Program-made: the position numbers and the translations under genes | From: Hypanus sabinus | Taxonomy: Eukaryota | DNA: 64,000 bases | Direction of reading: 5' to 3' | NCBI RefSeq assembly: GCF_030144855.1 | Contig: NC_082720.1 | Coordinates: 34,658,001-34,722,000, forward strand | Notes under the pieces: model-generated | What the model was told of the DNA's origin: nothing | Seen by the model: the letters and a program-made list of their open reading frames with translations, nothing else | Database searches by the model: none | Part shown: positions 13,612-26,019 of the stretch, one piece after another | Position numbering within the stretch: position 1 is the stretch's first letter | Layout: each line of letters begins with the position of its first letter

Positions 13612-16248
13612 CGCCCAATCGCTGGACAGGAGCATAAGAGGAAGAGGCAACTTCACACATGTCTGAGATTGAAGATTAAAAAGCAGTACTTTTCAGCAGT
13701 TTTCAGGGTTTGAATAGCACCCAGTCAGTGAATGGGCGTGCAAGAAGAGGCAACTTCACAGGTGTCTGAGATTGAAGATAAAAAAGCAGAGCTTCGTGGT
13801 GTCTTCAGGATTTAAACTGTGTCCAATCAGTGAATGGGATTCATCAGCAAGTGTGAACTAAAATAAGGCAGGGCCAAGTGGAGTGGCCATTGCGGGAGTG
13901 GCCCAGTGTTAGGGCGGGGAGGCTTCAGTTCATTATGCTTAGGCAAGTACAGTCTCGGGCAAGGTAAGTATCTGGTAAGTTCCTTCTTGTTTTTTCTTCT
14001 TCATTCCTCATCTGTTAGGGCAGAGTTAGTGCAGTGAAAATGGTGCCGGGGCTGTGTTGTGGTTTTTTGTGTGCAGTGTGGGAATACTGGAGAGCAGCAG
14101 TTTCCCGGATAACCACATCTGCATCAGGTTCACTGAGCTGGAGCTCCTCAGAGAATGTGTTAAGCAACTGGAGATGCAGCTCATTGACCTTTGGTTCATA
14201 CTGGAGACTGAGGAAGTTATAGTCAGGAGCTACAAGTGGGTAATCACCCCTAGGTTGCAGGAGGCAGGTAACTGGATGATAGTCAGAAGAAAGGGAATTT
14301 GTCAGCCAGTACAGAGTACCCCTGTAACTGTTCCCCTCAATAATAAGTATACCATTTTGGATACTGTTGAAGTCGATGACCTTCCAAGGGTTAGCTACAG
14401 TGACTAGATCTCTGACACTGAATCTGGTGTTGTGGCTCAGAAGAGAATAGAGGTGAACAGGACTGGAGTAATCGTAAAGATGGAAAAGATGAAATTTAAG
14501 GGTAAGTTAGACAATAATATAAAAGAGGATACCAGAAGTTTCTTCTGATATATAAAGTGTAAAAGAAAAGCAAGAATAAAGATTGAACCACTGGAAAATG
14601 ATGCTGACGAGATAGCAATGGGGGACAAGGAAATAGTGGATGAACTGAATAAGTATTTTGCAACAGTCTTCAATATGGAGACAGTAAGCAGCAGTCTGCT
14701 GGAAGTTCAACGGTGTCCAGGGCAGAAGTGAGTGAAGTTGCCATTACTAGGGAGAAAGTGCTCAGGGAAACTGAAAGGTCTGAAGGTAGATAATCACCTG
14801 GACCACCAAATAGACTACACCCCAGTGTTCTGAAAGAGGTGGCAGAAGAGATTGTGGAGCCATTAGTAATGATCTTTCGAGAATCATTAGATTCTGGCAT
14901 GATTCTGGGAAATTGCAAATGTTACTTCACTCTTCAAGAAGGGAGAAGGAAATTACAGGCGATTTAGTCTGACCTCAATGTTTGGGAGGATATTGAAGTC
15001 AATTGTTAAGGATGTGGTTTTGGTTTGGGTGCACTTGGAGACGCATGATGAAATAGGCCAAAGTCAGCATGGTTTTTATCCAACAAATCTGTTGGAAATC
15101 CTTGAAGAAATAACAAGCAGGATAGACAAAGGAGAATCGGTAGATGTTGTGTCCTTGAATTCTCTGAAGGACTTTGACAAGGTGGCACAAGGAGACTTCT
15201 TAACAAGTTAAAAGTCCATGGTATTAGAGGAAAGATGCTAGCATGGATAGATCATTGTCTGATTAGCAGGGAGCAAAGTGTGGGAATAAAGGGAGCCTTT
15301 TCTGGTTGGCTGCTGGTGATGAGTGGCATTCCACAGGGGTCTGTGTCAAGACCACTTCTTTTTACGTTATATATGAATGATTTGAATGTGGAATGAATGG
15401 CTTTGTGACCAAGTTTGCTGACAGTACGAAGATAGGTGGAGATGCATATAGTTTTGAAGAAGCAGAGAGGCTGTAGAAGGACTTAGGCAGATTAGGAGAA
15501 TGGCCAAAAAAGTGACAGATGGAATACAGTGTCAGAAAGTGTGTAGTCATGCACTTCGGTAGAAGAAAATTCAAATATCCAAGGTGCAAAGGGACTTGGA
15601 AGTCCTTGTGCAGGATTCCCTAAAGGCCAACTTGCAGGCTGAGTCAGCCAAATGCGATGTTAGCATCCATTTTGTGAGGACTAGAATATGAAAGCAAGAT
15701 GTAATGCATTGGTAAGGCCTTTCTTGGAGTATTGTGAACAGTTTTGGGCCACTTATCTATGAAAGGGTTCAAAGGAGGCTCACGAAAATAATTCCAGGAT
15801 TGAAAGGCTTATTATCTGGTGAGTGTTTGATGGCTCTGTGCATGTACTCAGTGGAATTCAGAAGAATGAGGGGGGACCTTATTGAAACCTATAGACTGTT
15901 GAAAGGCCTCAGAGTGGATGTGGCGATGATGTTTCCTATGGTGAGGGAGTATAAAATGAGGACACAGCCTTAGAATAGAGCGGCGTCCTTTTAGAATGGT
16001 GATGAGAAATATCTCTAGCCAGAGAGTGGCGAATCTGTGGAATTAATTACCATATCTGGTTGTGGAAGCCAAGCCATTGGGTATATTTAAGGCAGAGGTT
16101 AATAGTTCTTTGATTAGTTAGGGCATGAAGGGTTATGGGGGAAAAGCAGGAGGTTGGGGCTGAGAGGAAAATTGGATGAGCCATGGTGAAATGTCTGAGC
16201 AGTCTCGATGAGCCAAAGGCCTAATTCTACCCCTATATCTTATGGTCA
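13612..16248 (+). mobile_element. CR1 LINE with 5' UTR, ORF1 remnant and decayed ORF2 (large internal deletion near 14480, or two abutting copies)
   Basis: ORF1 zinc-finger/coiled-coil remnant (PDNHICIRFTELELLRECVKQLEMQL); RT motifs (ITSRIDKGESVDVV, GIPQGSV, KFADSTK); 3' tail ending tcttatggtc. Confidence 0.85.
13641..13840 (+). repeat. Tandem ~103-bp monomers in the CR1 5' region
   Basis: gaagaggcaacttcaca..tgtctgagattgaagat at 13641 and 13744. Each unit is bounded by a CCAAT-like motif (cccaatc, cccagtc, tccaatc). Confidence 0.8.
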
Positions 16249-16324
16249 TGTGGTTTCCATTGGTCTGCTCTGTGTTAAGTAGAAATGGATTGAATTTGTC
16301 TTTGTTTCTTGTCTGGTCCTGCAG

Positions 16325-16354
16325 GATTGCACTGCACTCAACTATAAAGCAAAG
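16325..16354 (+). CDS. SH3PXD2B: Candidate 30-nt micro-exon of SH3PXD2B (IALHSTIKQR)
   Basis: tttgtctttgtttcttgtctggtcctgcag|GATTGCACTGCACTCAACTATAAAGCAAAG|gtaatg. Open in the phase-2 frame needed to join the 26-nt exon. Confidence 0.45.
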
Positions 16355-16446
16355 GTAATGCTTTGGAGAAATTGAGTTTGAATTTGTATAATAGATGAGT
16401 CATGCATTTGAGTCCATGAAATCCATGAATCTTGAACAACACATTT

Positions 16447-16820
16447 GAGGGCCATGGATCAGAGTTGATCGTGGATATTGCGTCTTAGCTGTCTAGCTAT
16501 GCAAGTCTGATCAGTACGATGTGGAGAGCAAGCTGTTGCCCATGTACCGAGCTCCCCCTCTCCAAGCAACTGATGAACCCAAAGGAATGGCAGAGACCAA
16601 TACAGTTTGGTACCAGCACCATCACAGGAGTTGCCAGTCAACATTGAACTCAACATTAGGGACTGCCTTAGGGACTCCAGCTCCAGATTTTTCCCTTGGG
16701 GTTTACACCCGAAGCCTTCCCCATAAGTGGGTATAACCACAAGGCAGCTGAAGTCTGAGATAAGTTTTCCTTCTCCTAGATGAGCTGCTGACCATGGCTG
16801 ACGAGCACCATCTGCCCAAG
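16447..16820 (-). mobile_element. Short non-autonomous retroposon resembling an RTE/Vingi-type 5' UTR
   Basis: 10-bp target-site duplication caacacattt (16437-16446 and 16821-16830); - strand motif gcagctcatctaggagaaggaaaact. Confidence 0.6.
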
Positions 16821-16959
16821 CAACACATTTACAGTAATAAAAAATATATGGCAGCCAAAGAAACTTGATTATGATTTCTAATCCTGGGATGCAGGTTCTT
16901 GGTTCGAAGAAACTTATAACTATACAGTTTCGTTGATTTCTTCAGAATTGTTGCATATC

Positions 16960-19850
16960 CTCTTTCACCCTAAACTTGTAGACAGCCACTGTGTTAGGGG
17001 ATTTTCTGTGTCTTCTATTAAGACAAACAAAATATGTTTCATTTTTCAGCCATTTTCTTATTCCCCAATATTAGTTCTTCAGTCTCAGTCTGTAACAGAC
17101 TCATAATAACTTTCCTAATCCTTTACTGTATATACATTTATGAAGGCTTTGCATTCTTTTGTCATTTCTCTTGAGAGATTACTCCTGTTTCCCCCCTTTT
17201 CTATTTCTCTCATGCCCCTCTTCTGTTGAAAGCTGTAATGTTTCAATCATCATGGTCCCAGGTTTACTTTTGGCTATAGTGTATTGGCCTTTTCATTTGA
17301 TCAAATACTATTTTTGACTTCTAGGTAACTGTGGCTGGATAAAACTTTCTGTTGGTTTATTTTAAGGGGATGTGTAGGAACAGGCAAATGTCACAACTTC
17401 TCATTTCTACCCTACAATTTAATATAATCATGGCTGATCTGATTGCAAACTGAGCTCTGCATTCCCATCTAACCGTAGTAGACCTTTCACTCCCTTGCTT
17501 ATTAAGTATCAATCTTTGTATGCCTTAAAGATCCCATCCAGACTATAGTCAAAGTCCAGTTTCCAAACCCATCACCCTTTGAGAAAGACAATTCCAAAAG
17601 CTCATGAGATTTTGAGAAGTAAAAGTTGCCTCCTTTCTGCCTTCAGTAAGTTGCCTGTTGTTTTTTAAATACTGACTGCCGAGTTTAAGATTATCCCATA
17701 ACAACAAATGCGTTCTCCTTATACAGAGATACCCTGCCAAGACCTCACAAGATCTTGGATTAATTATATACAGGATATTCATTCTTTAATCATTAATCAT
17801 TACATGTTTTCTGTCATATCTTCTAACTTAATTTCTCTCTATTGCACAAAGAAGTCATGCCGCATCTTCTTGGTTTGTTTTGTTTAAACCGAGAAATCTA
17901 CTAATTTACTAATGTACCAACAGAAAGTGAACTAAATCACTTTTAATCTTGATATAATATTCTACAACATCATGATTAGTGTTCCCTAAAGGCCCCGTAG
18001 CTAGCAAATTAACTCTTTCTCAATGGATGATACTAGGATCTAATAGAACACAATTCCATCTGCTTTCTTAACATATTGAGATGTATCTCTAATTATTCTC
18101 TTGAATTTATCCTCCAAACTATTGCAACTACTTTGTTTTGTCCAGTAACACATAGAACATGGATCAATGTTGCAAAGAAACAGGCCCTTTGGCCCATGAA
18201 GTTGTGCTGAACTATTTAAACTAACAACTAAACACCAAACTAAATTAGTTCCTTCTGCCTAAGCAGTGCCCACATCCCTCCGTTCTCTGCAGATTAATGG
18301 GCCTATCTGAGGGCCTCATAAATGACCCTGTTGTGTTTGCCTCCATTACCATCTTCGCGGCACTCTCCAGTCTTGTCGTATCCATCCCCTTTGAGCTTAC
18401 CCTTCCCACCTTAAGTGCATCTTAGACATTTTGACTTTAGGAAAACACATTGGCTATCTACTCTATCTATGCCTTTCAAAATTTTATAAACTTCTATTGA
18501 GTGTCCCCTCAGCTTCTGCCACTCCAGAAAAAAATGCCCATGTTAATCAGTCTTTTTTTGTGTGTGTATGCCCTCTAAGTCAGGTAGCATTCTGGTAAAC
18601 TTCTGCCTTCCTTCCAAAGCCTCCATATTTCCTATCATGGATTGACCAAAGGTGAATGTAATACTCCAGATGCAGCCTAACCAGATTTTATTAAGCTGCA
18701 AAGAAATGAATCTTCCCCAGGATTGTTGTTTTAGATCCTGCGATATTTACCTCCAATTTCCTGATTTGCAAAACATCTATATTAAAAATAGTACTTGGAG
18801 ATCTACAGACACTTCCAATATACATCCCTTCCTGTGTATTATGTGTCTTAGTTCCACCCAAGATTATTGATTTTCCCAACTAAGATCTTTTCAACTACTG
18901 TGTTTATCCAGTCCTGTATTTTGAAGGCTGCCCATTCACATTTTGCCCATCTGTTCTAAGAGTTTAACGTCTTTGGAATATTGAATTCTCAAGCCTGGTT
19001 ACTTTACAACCACACCCAAACTATGTGCCATTGTTTTACCCATAATCCATGTCTTCAGATAAAGGTACTTCATTTTGAGTCTTTATACCATTTGTTCCTG
19101 CTCTGACTCAAGTTGGAGGTAAGTGTGTACACTCTGTCCCATCCTGGCCAGCTTTGTCAATCAGTGATGCTGTGCTGTCATCATGTTGTTGGTCATCAAC
19201 CTCCTGAGGAATGACTAACTAGACCCATCCCACAACTACATAAATTAAAACCATGTCTACAGGTCAGTTATGCAATTCACTAAAATGCTGGTCCCCATAT
19301 AGTCTAATTGAAGCCCAGTCCAACAGGGTAACTCCTTCTTTCCACAGTACTGATGCTCATGCTCCATGAATTGAACGACTTTCTCTCACGCCAATCTTTG
19401 AGCCATGCCTTTAACTTTTGTATCTTATGGAACTTATATAATTTGCATTTGGGTAAAGCACTAATCGAAAGATTGATGCATCTGTGGCTCCTTGCTTTAA
19501 GTAGGACCATAGTTAGACAAACTCCTTAAGCAGATCACCTTAGTTTCTTTGTCGTTGATTCCCACTCACTTCCTTCCTCTGCCACTCCCAAGTTCCTCAC
19601 TAACATTGAAGAGAAGCTGCAAACCCTGAAAACAGAGTGTTAGAGACCTTTGATAGTGAATTCCGAGTAAAGTACAGTATTTACAATCCTACCTATATTG
19701 CCTTCTTTCATTACTGCATTCCTTTTCACTCCCCCAACTTGTATGGACCCTTGTCCCATGGTGCAGTAGTTAATTTGCTCACCTACACACAGTCATTGTT
19801 ACCCAGACTGCCGGAGTATCCATCGCTGTTGAATAGTTGCAAAGGATGAG
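16960..19850 (-). mobile_element. Cluster of old CR1 fragments (3' ends, ORF2 start, ORF1 esterase-like remnant)
   Basis: CR1 3'-end motifs at ~17400 and ~18150, and degenerate ORF1-like LKAWLKDWRE. Confidence 0.55.
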
Positions 19851-20638
19851 GCTCTGCCAAAATGAACTGTCTCACTTGCAATTAAATTTCACGTTCCTCT
19901 TCATTTTTGAATTCTGCACTACTTAACAGAATCATTGCAGATGATTTCTTCAGATGTGGTCATTGTAGATTTATGATCTCCATTGGCTGGTGCATTCCGT
20001 CATCTTCCCTGCACTGTCTACCTTAATGAAGTCGGAGTATTAATTCCTTGATTCTTTAAATAGAAAGCTACACCAGTGCCCTTTTCTCACCAATGTTCCT
20101 ATCTAGCAGGGTAGGAACTTAGTCGATCTCACACTTGGGCAGAACATACTGTAGACAGACATTGTGAGAAGTTAAAATGAGTCATTGTACTGTGGATATC
20201 TCTTTACCTTAATACCTTCATTCAGCCTCTGCCACGATTGAGAATTTTTGTATGCTGTATTCAAACCTTATTCTCCCTTTGTGATAACTTCAGATCAATA
20301 ATTATCAAAATTATTCTTCTGAATCTATCTATGTGTCAATTGCTGTGCATTAATTAGAGTTTAATTACAGACTGGCAGCCAGCCAGTTTCTTCAGACTTT
20401 CTGAAAAGCAGTCCTGGCAAGGGAGCGTAATTATTTCAATTATATTTTTATGGAAATTTGGTTAGCACTTCAAAAAGATTGAAAATTGCACTGAGTATAA
20501 TGTTAGCATTTGAACCATTCAATATAGCGTACTTTAAATTTTAGTAATATAATTTGATTAAAAATACTGGAAATTAAGATGCTACATTTTAACAAAATAA
20601 TTCATTCATTTATTAAATATTATTTCTTTTTATTTCAG

Positions 20639-20664
20639 AGAACCAATTACAAAGAAGAAATCAG
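20639..20664 (+). CDS. SH3PXD2B: SH3PXD2B (Tks4) 26-nt PX-SH3 linker exon, (E)EPITKKKS(G); equivalent to human exon 6
   Basis: tttctttttatttcag|AGAACCAATTACAAAGAAGAAATCAG|gtaaga. Phase 2 in, phase 1 out. Matches the Tks4 linker EEHIGKKKSG and joins in frame to the exon at 37023. Confidence 0.9.
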
Positions 20665-22395
20665 GTAAGAAGCATTTAATTGAATTGATTATGTTATCAA
20701 AATGTTTTATTTGTTTATGAGGGATGTTAGAATATTTTTTTTTGTTTACTCTTGATAATAGTAGTTTACTGAATTATTGTGAATTGGAAAAGTTGGTCTT
20801 AACCAGTTTGACTAGTTTTACCTGCCCTTGAAGATCTTTCTTTGGAATATATTGACAGTATCCTTTGTGTAGCATCAGTATGGGATGCTGAGAAATTCTG
20901 ACGACCAGTCTAAAGAACCGCTCATGGGAATCGAATCTGCTACAAGTGGTAACAGAGTTCCTTATCATCGTGTAAGAATTTCCAATTGAAAAAATCCTGT
21001 TAGTAGCTGTACCATTTATCCATGAGAGTCACACAAGAGTCTAGGGAATCGAAATGAGCAGAGCGTTCTTTTGAAAAATGACAGGGACTGTAGACCATAA
21101 TGGAGCAAAGCAGTAAATTACCTATTAGCCAGAGAAGAGCCTGAAGCCTAAATGACTTTTAAAAGTAAATCAAAGCTTCTGCTATTAATCAGGAAGCACT
21201 CTTTCAAAAGGTTATGTGATCCTGCTCCAGACATTCTAAGCAGACTGTATCTGGATTTCCCGAATAGAAGCAAAGGTCGAGTGACATTATTTACATTGAA
21301 AACTGAGCACGAGACAACAGAAAGAATCAAGAATGGAACAAATGTTCTGAAGAGATTAGAAAAGATCTTTCCTGATATGTTGCACAAAAATACATCAGCT
21401 GTTTACAAGCAAATGGTATTTACGATGGACAACGATTACTAGTTTTGAGAAACATCTTGGTCATCTGTGGATGAGTCATTTCTGCAAATTGATGGCTCAT
21501 ATGATAGTATATAAGTACGAAATCTCTGGAATGACCTAACAAATTACCACACTATTTACATTAGTCTTAATCCATTCTATATACCACAAATAGGATTCTG
21601 TGCAAATGATCTAATTAGTCAAAAGCTAGTGTGATTCATGGGAAACAGCTAGAAAATGTAAGAACTTTGTATTCCCCTTATGTCTCATCTGGGGTTTCAG
21701 TGATTCATTGTTAACCAGCAACTGGAATACTGTTTGCAGGTTTGGTCACAGGGAGTGATGGCATGAAAGAGAAAGCAAAGATGATACAAGAGGAGGTTCC
21801 TGAGGCTGGAGAATAGAATACATGCCAGTTATTAGGCTGGGGCTATATTCTTGACATCAAAGGAGGCTAAAAGGTTTAATGATATATAAAGATGGGGAGT
21901 ACAAACGATGTGAACAGGAAGGGTCTGCTTTCTTAGCAGAGAGATGAATAACTAGGAGTGATGAATTTGTGGTAATTAGCAGACAGATTAATGGGGAACT
22001 AGGATTTTTTTTACACTGAAAGAATTGATGGTCTAGACTTGCAGCTTGATGGAGGGAGAAGGCCTTAAAAGTGTCAGGATGCTCACTTGGAGTGCCAGTG
22101 TCAATGCAATTATTGTCCAGGAACTGGGAGTAGTCTGAATATCACGTTATTTCCACCGTAGATGTAGTAAGCATAATGGCCTTCCCCAGTTGTATAGATT
22201 TTCTGATTCAATGATTTCATTTCTAGTTTCTTCATGGAGTATCCACATGTATTTAATGGTGCTGCTGCCAAGCTAATGGTGCAAAATCGGACTGATGAGA
22301 ATGGAGAGTGACACTTCTTTCTTGCGCTTTGGACGCTGCTGTAGATTTGCACTCAAGTTAAACACGATTATACGTTCAGGCTTTTATTGGACATG

Positions 22396-22536
22396 GCAAC
22401 AAAGGTTATGGGGAGAAGGCTGGGAACTGGGGTTGAGGGGGAGAGAAAAGAAGGACCAGCCATGATTGAATGGCGGAGCGGACTCGATGGGCCAGATGGC
22501 CTAGTTTTGTTCCCATGTCCTATGGTCTTATGGTTT
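22396..22536 (+). mobile_element. CR1 3' end
   Basis: aaaggttatggggagaaggc..gactcgatgggcc..tatggtcttatggt tail. Confidence 0.8.
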
Positions 22537-23871
22537 TAAGTTACCATTGCAGTTTAAATGCACTCTCTGAGCCCACTTCTCAAAATGGTTATGGGCTCCA
22601 AGATTCTTGGAAAAGTGCTAATTTTTTGAAAGAACAAATGATACCAAACTCCTGGGAAAATTTTCAGTGCAAATATCAACCATGTCAGACAACAGAATCT
22701 TTGAAACTAAGAACTAAGATGCAAGGGAGAAAGATGCTCAAATAGGAATGACTATTAACTCAACCGATAATTAATACTTCTCCATTATCATTCATGCTGA
22801 ATGCTGGACTATTTCACAGTGCATACATAATAGATGATGGGAGGCTTAAGATGGACCAATCAAATATGAAAGTAGATCATAGGAAAATCTTGTTATTTTT
22901 TCAAATGACCATTGGAATAATCTAATAAAATATGGTAGTTTAGAACCTGATTGAATATTATTTCATTGGGATGGAACTTGGGTGAAATTCCAAAGATTTT
23001 TTTGAATATATATCATGGTAAGAAAGCAACATGGTGATTGTTGGGGACTGGAATATGAAACTGGAGGGTCAACACAGGTATGATAAGTCCACTCTATGAT
23101 CAGATCACAAGGGTGTGAAGATAAATATTGAGTGATAAACTTCTTTGTGAAAAAGTAACTTTTGCTACAACACACGCACACACACATATATATAAGAAAA
23201 ATAGTTCGGTGTGGTACTTTGGGTGGATTCTGATCTACTTTGGGAAAATACGTAGTATTTATGTTTTGGGTGTTAAAGTGATTAACTACATAGTTCATGG
23301 TGACAGAACAGATAAAGCGCAGGAAAACATTTGAGATTTTGAGACAAACAACAGCAAATAAAGCCAAAGCTTTGCTGTCATCAGTCATTGAAACATTGGT
23401 AAATGTTGATATCAAAGCACATGCAAGTAAAATTGTAATTGATGGAAGTGCAAATCATTATTCAAGTTATATATTCCCATATTTGGTTCTCAAGACTGGT
23501 CATTTGAAACTCTCTCCTGATGTGCTTGGAGCACAATTATGTTGTCACCAGGCGTTAATATTTCCAATGAACAATGCTGTTTTTTTACTTTTGTCAGATC
23601 ATAAAAATTAACATGGTCTAAGCTGCTGATGTGCTTCTGACAAAGTGGCCTTCTTATAATTCATTCATGCAGTATAGACTTTCAAAATTCATTACAACAC
23701 AAAGCAAGCAATGAGTTTTGTATGCTTCTGCTGAATGATTGAATTATACTCATATATAGGGTAAATTATCCAGCATTGCATGTAATTCACTTTCTCAACA
23801 TCTCAATTCAAAACCTTCTTAAAATAATTTCATTTTCCTCACATGTACTTTCATTCATTTTCCTTCATTAG

Positions 23872-23913
23872 GGCTTGCAATAATCCAGAGAACGGCATCG
23901 TTTCTAAAAAGAG
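23872..23913 (+). CDS. SH3PXD2B: 42-nt alternative cassette exon of SH3PXD2B in the PX-SH3 linker (GLAIIQRTASFLKR)
   Basis: ttcattcattttccttcattag|...AAAAGAG|gtatta. Symmetric phase 1 and open in the required frame. Flanked by TGCATG and CTTAAC motifs. Same intron as a Tks5 cassette. Confidence 0.65.
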
Positions 23914-26019
23914 GTATTAGAGAAACTCGCTTGGCCATAACTTAACTGATCCTTAACATTGCTGGATGGTCCTTAACCATTATGATTTTGGACCATGCAG
24001 CTGGCTGATTAGCAGTGGTTGGGGCCAGCTTAATGCTAAATGCGGTGTGATTCATGCATGCTCAGTACCTGTGTAATATTGATTAAAATGGGATTAATTT
24101 GGGACTGATTTTTGTTCTTTTCACTTAATTCAACTTTTTCTTTGATGATACCACTCAAGAAAGTTTCACTTAAAATATGTTTTTGTCCCCCTATATATAG
24201 GTGCACTGTCATTCAAGTAATTGTTCAAATAATCACCGGCTAACCCTTTCATTGGCACAAAGCAATTTGGATATTAAATTTCTTAAATATTTCCCTAAAT
24301 ATGGTTTTGTGGCATATATCAAATTTGGAAATGCTTGCTAGTCTTAATGAACAATTGATCAAAAAAACCTAAATATTATATTAATAAAATGTGACTTTAT
24401 AGCACCTCATCTTAACTGAAGGAAGCAAGTGGCCTATAAGAGGGTTATTCAACAGCAATTTATTTAAAGCTACACTTAATCCAAGCAGGTTCTGAGAACT
24501 GTCTATCTCACTATGTAACCTCTCAGTAATCAATATTATTTTACAGCAATTCTTATTACTTTTCTTGAAAATGTAAACTAATGACTTATTCCACCACTAT
24601 GTCCTTTGTCATTTTCTTGGTGTTGATGGCTTATTCCACTTCGGAACAGATATGTCCTTTTGTCATTTCCTTGGTGCTGTTGATTGGCATCATTTGTGCT
24701 TTGTTTTCTTTTTAAATGCATACATTTTTAAAATGACTTGAAAGTAGATGGAAATACAGAATAATGACAATTATTTATATGTGTGGTATAAAAACAAAAA
24801 ATACTGAAAGAAGTTGGCAAGTCAAGCAGTATTTCTGGAAAGAGAAAGAAAAATAATGCCCTTCTATTGACCAGAAACGTTAACTTCTCTTTCCATGGGC
24901 TCTGCCGGAATTGTTGAGTGTTTCAGTATCTTCTGTTGTTATGTCAGATTTCCAGCACCTGCACTCGTTCGATTTTCAGGCATTTTAATATGTGTGGCGT
25001 TTGATGGAAGCTCTGGAAAATGTTTACAAAATCAGCACTGCAGCAGTAAAGGGATTAATGGTGTTCATCAGGTTTTTTTAAAATAAGATTTTATTAAAAT
25101 ACCATCTAATTTATTTTTCATTTATGAAGTGTTTTAAGATGAGTTTACTAATTAGAAGAAGTACGCTGGGGAAATATGAATACAGCTATGACTATTGCTT
25201 TGTAAATTTCCAAGTGAAATTATAAGTATTATAAAATGATTGCATTGTACACTGTTTGGGATCTTGAGAAAATTCATAGCCTATGTAGAAATTCGTCTTT
25301 GGTCAGTAACATTAAACTGGACCTTGGATATCATGTGTTGTTGCTATCACTGCTATAACACTGTGAATGAGGGATGGATTTCTTAGTGAAGTATAAGATT
25401 GTTTATACTTCAGGATTATGATGCATGATGTGCACTTCTTAAAAATTTAGAATTAAAGCTTATGTGTTGAAATATTCTTGTTAAAATAATATTCAGTAAG
25501 AAGAAGCCATTGCTTGATGCTTTTTATCACAGCAAGTTTTACTTAAAAAGTGTAAATTGACAGTTTTTCCATTTTCTATTCTCTTGGAATACCTGGTTTC
25601 TGCTACAGTATAATACTACATGCATTGAAGGATTTTTATCTATTAGTAAAGTAGCTTATTGTTATCTGTAAGTAAAGTCAGGATCATTACCACTTGCACT
25701 AAGGGGTTGAAGTGTTGCTGAGGCACTCTCCAGCCTTATTTCTTATTCCAAAAGGAATTATTAACCAAACAGCGAATCTTCCTGATCCAAATGTGCTTTG
25801 TACTGGCTTATCTCATGGATTTTCCTCATGACCTGCTGAAGTGCTAATAACTTAAATACTATTTATAACAACATTCAAAAATTGACACTGGATCTGTGGT
25901 CATTTGGCAGGACCCTTAAGGTACTATATGTGAAATGAGCATATCATCAGCCCAGAATGAAGTGATCATTCCACACTCGATGCTAAAGAAACTAGTTTTT
26001 GTGCGCACTGAGGCTGAAC

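Noticed and set aside
1-16300. Search for the last PX-domain exon of SH3PXD2B
   Set aside because: No segment encoding a LPPxISQC..FFE..PPKE-like peptide was seen by eye; it presumably lies upstream of the window.
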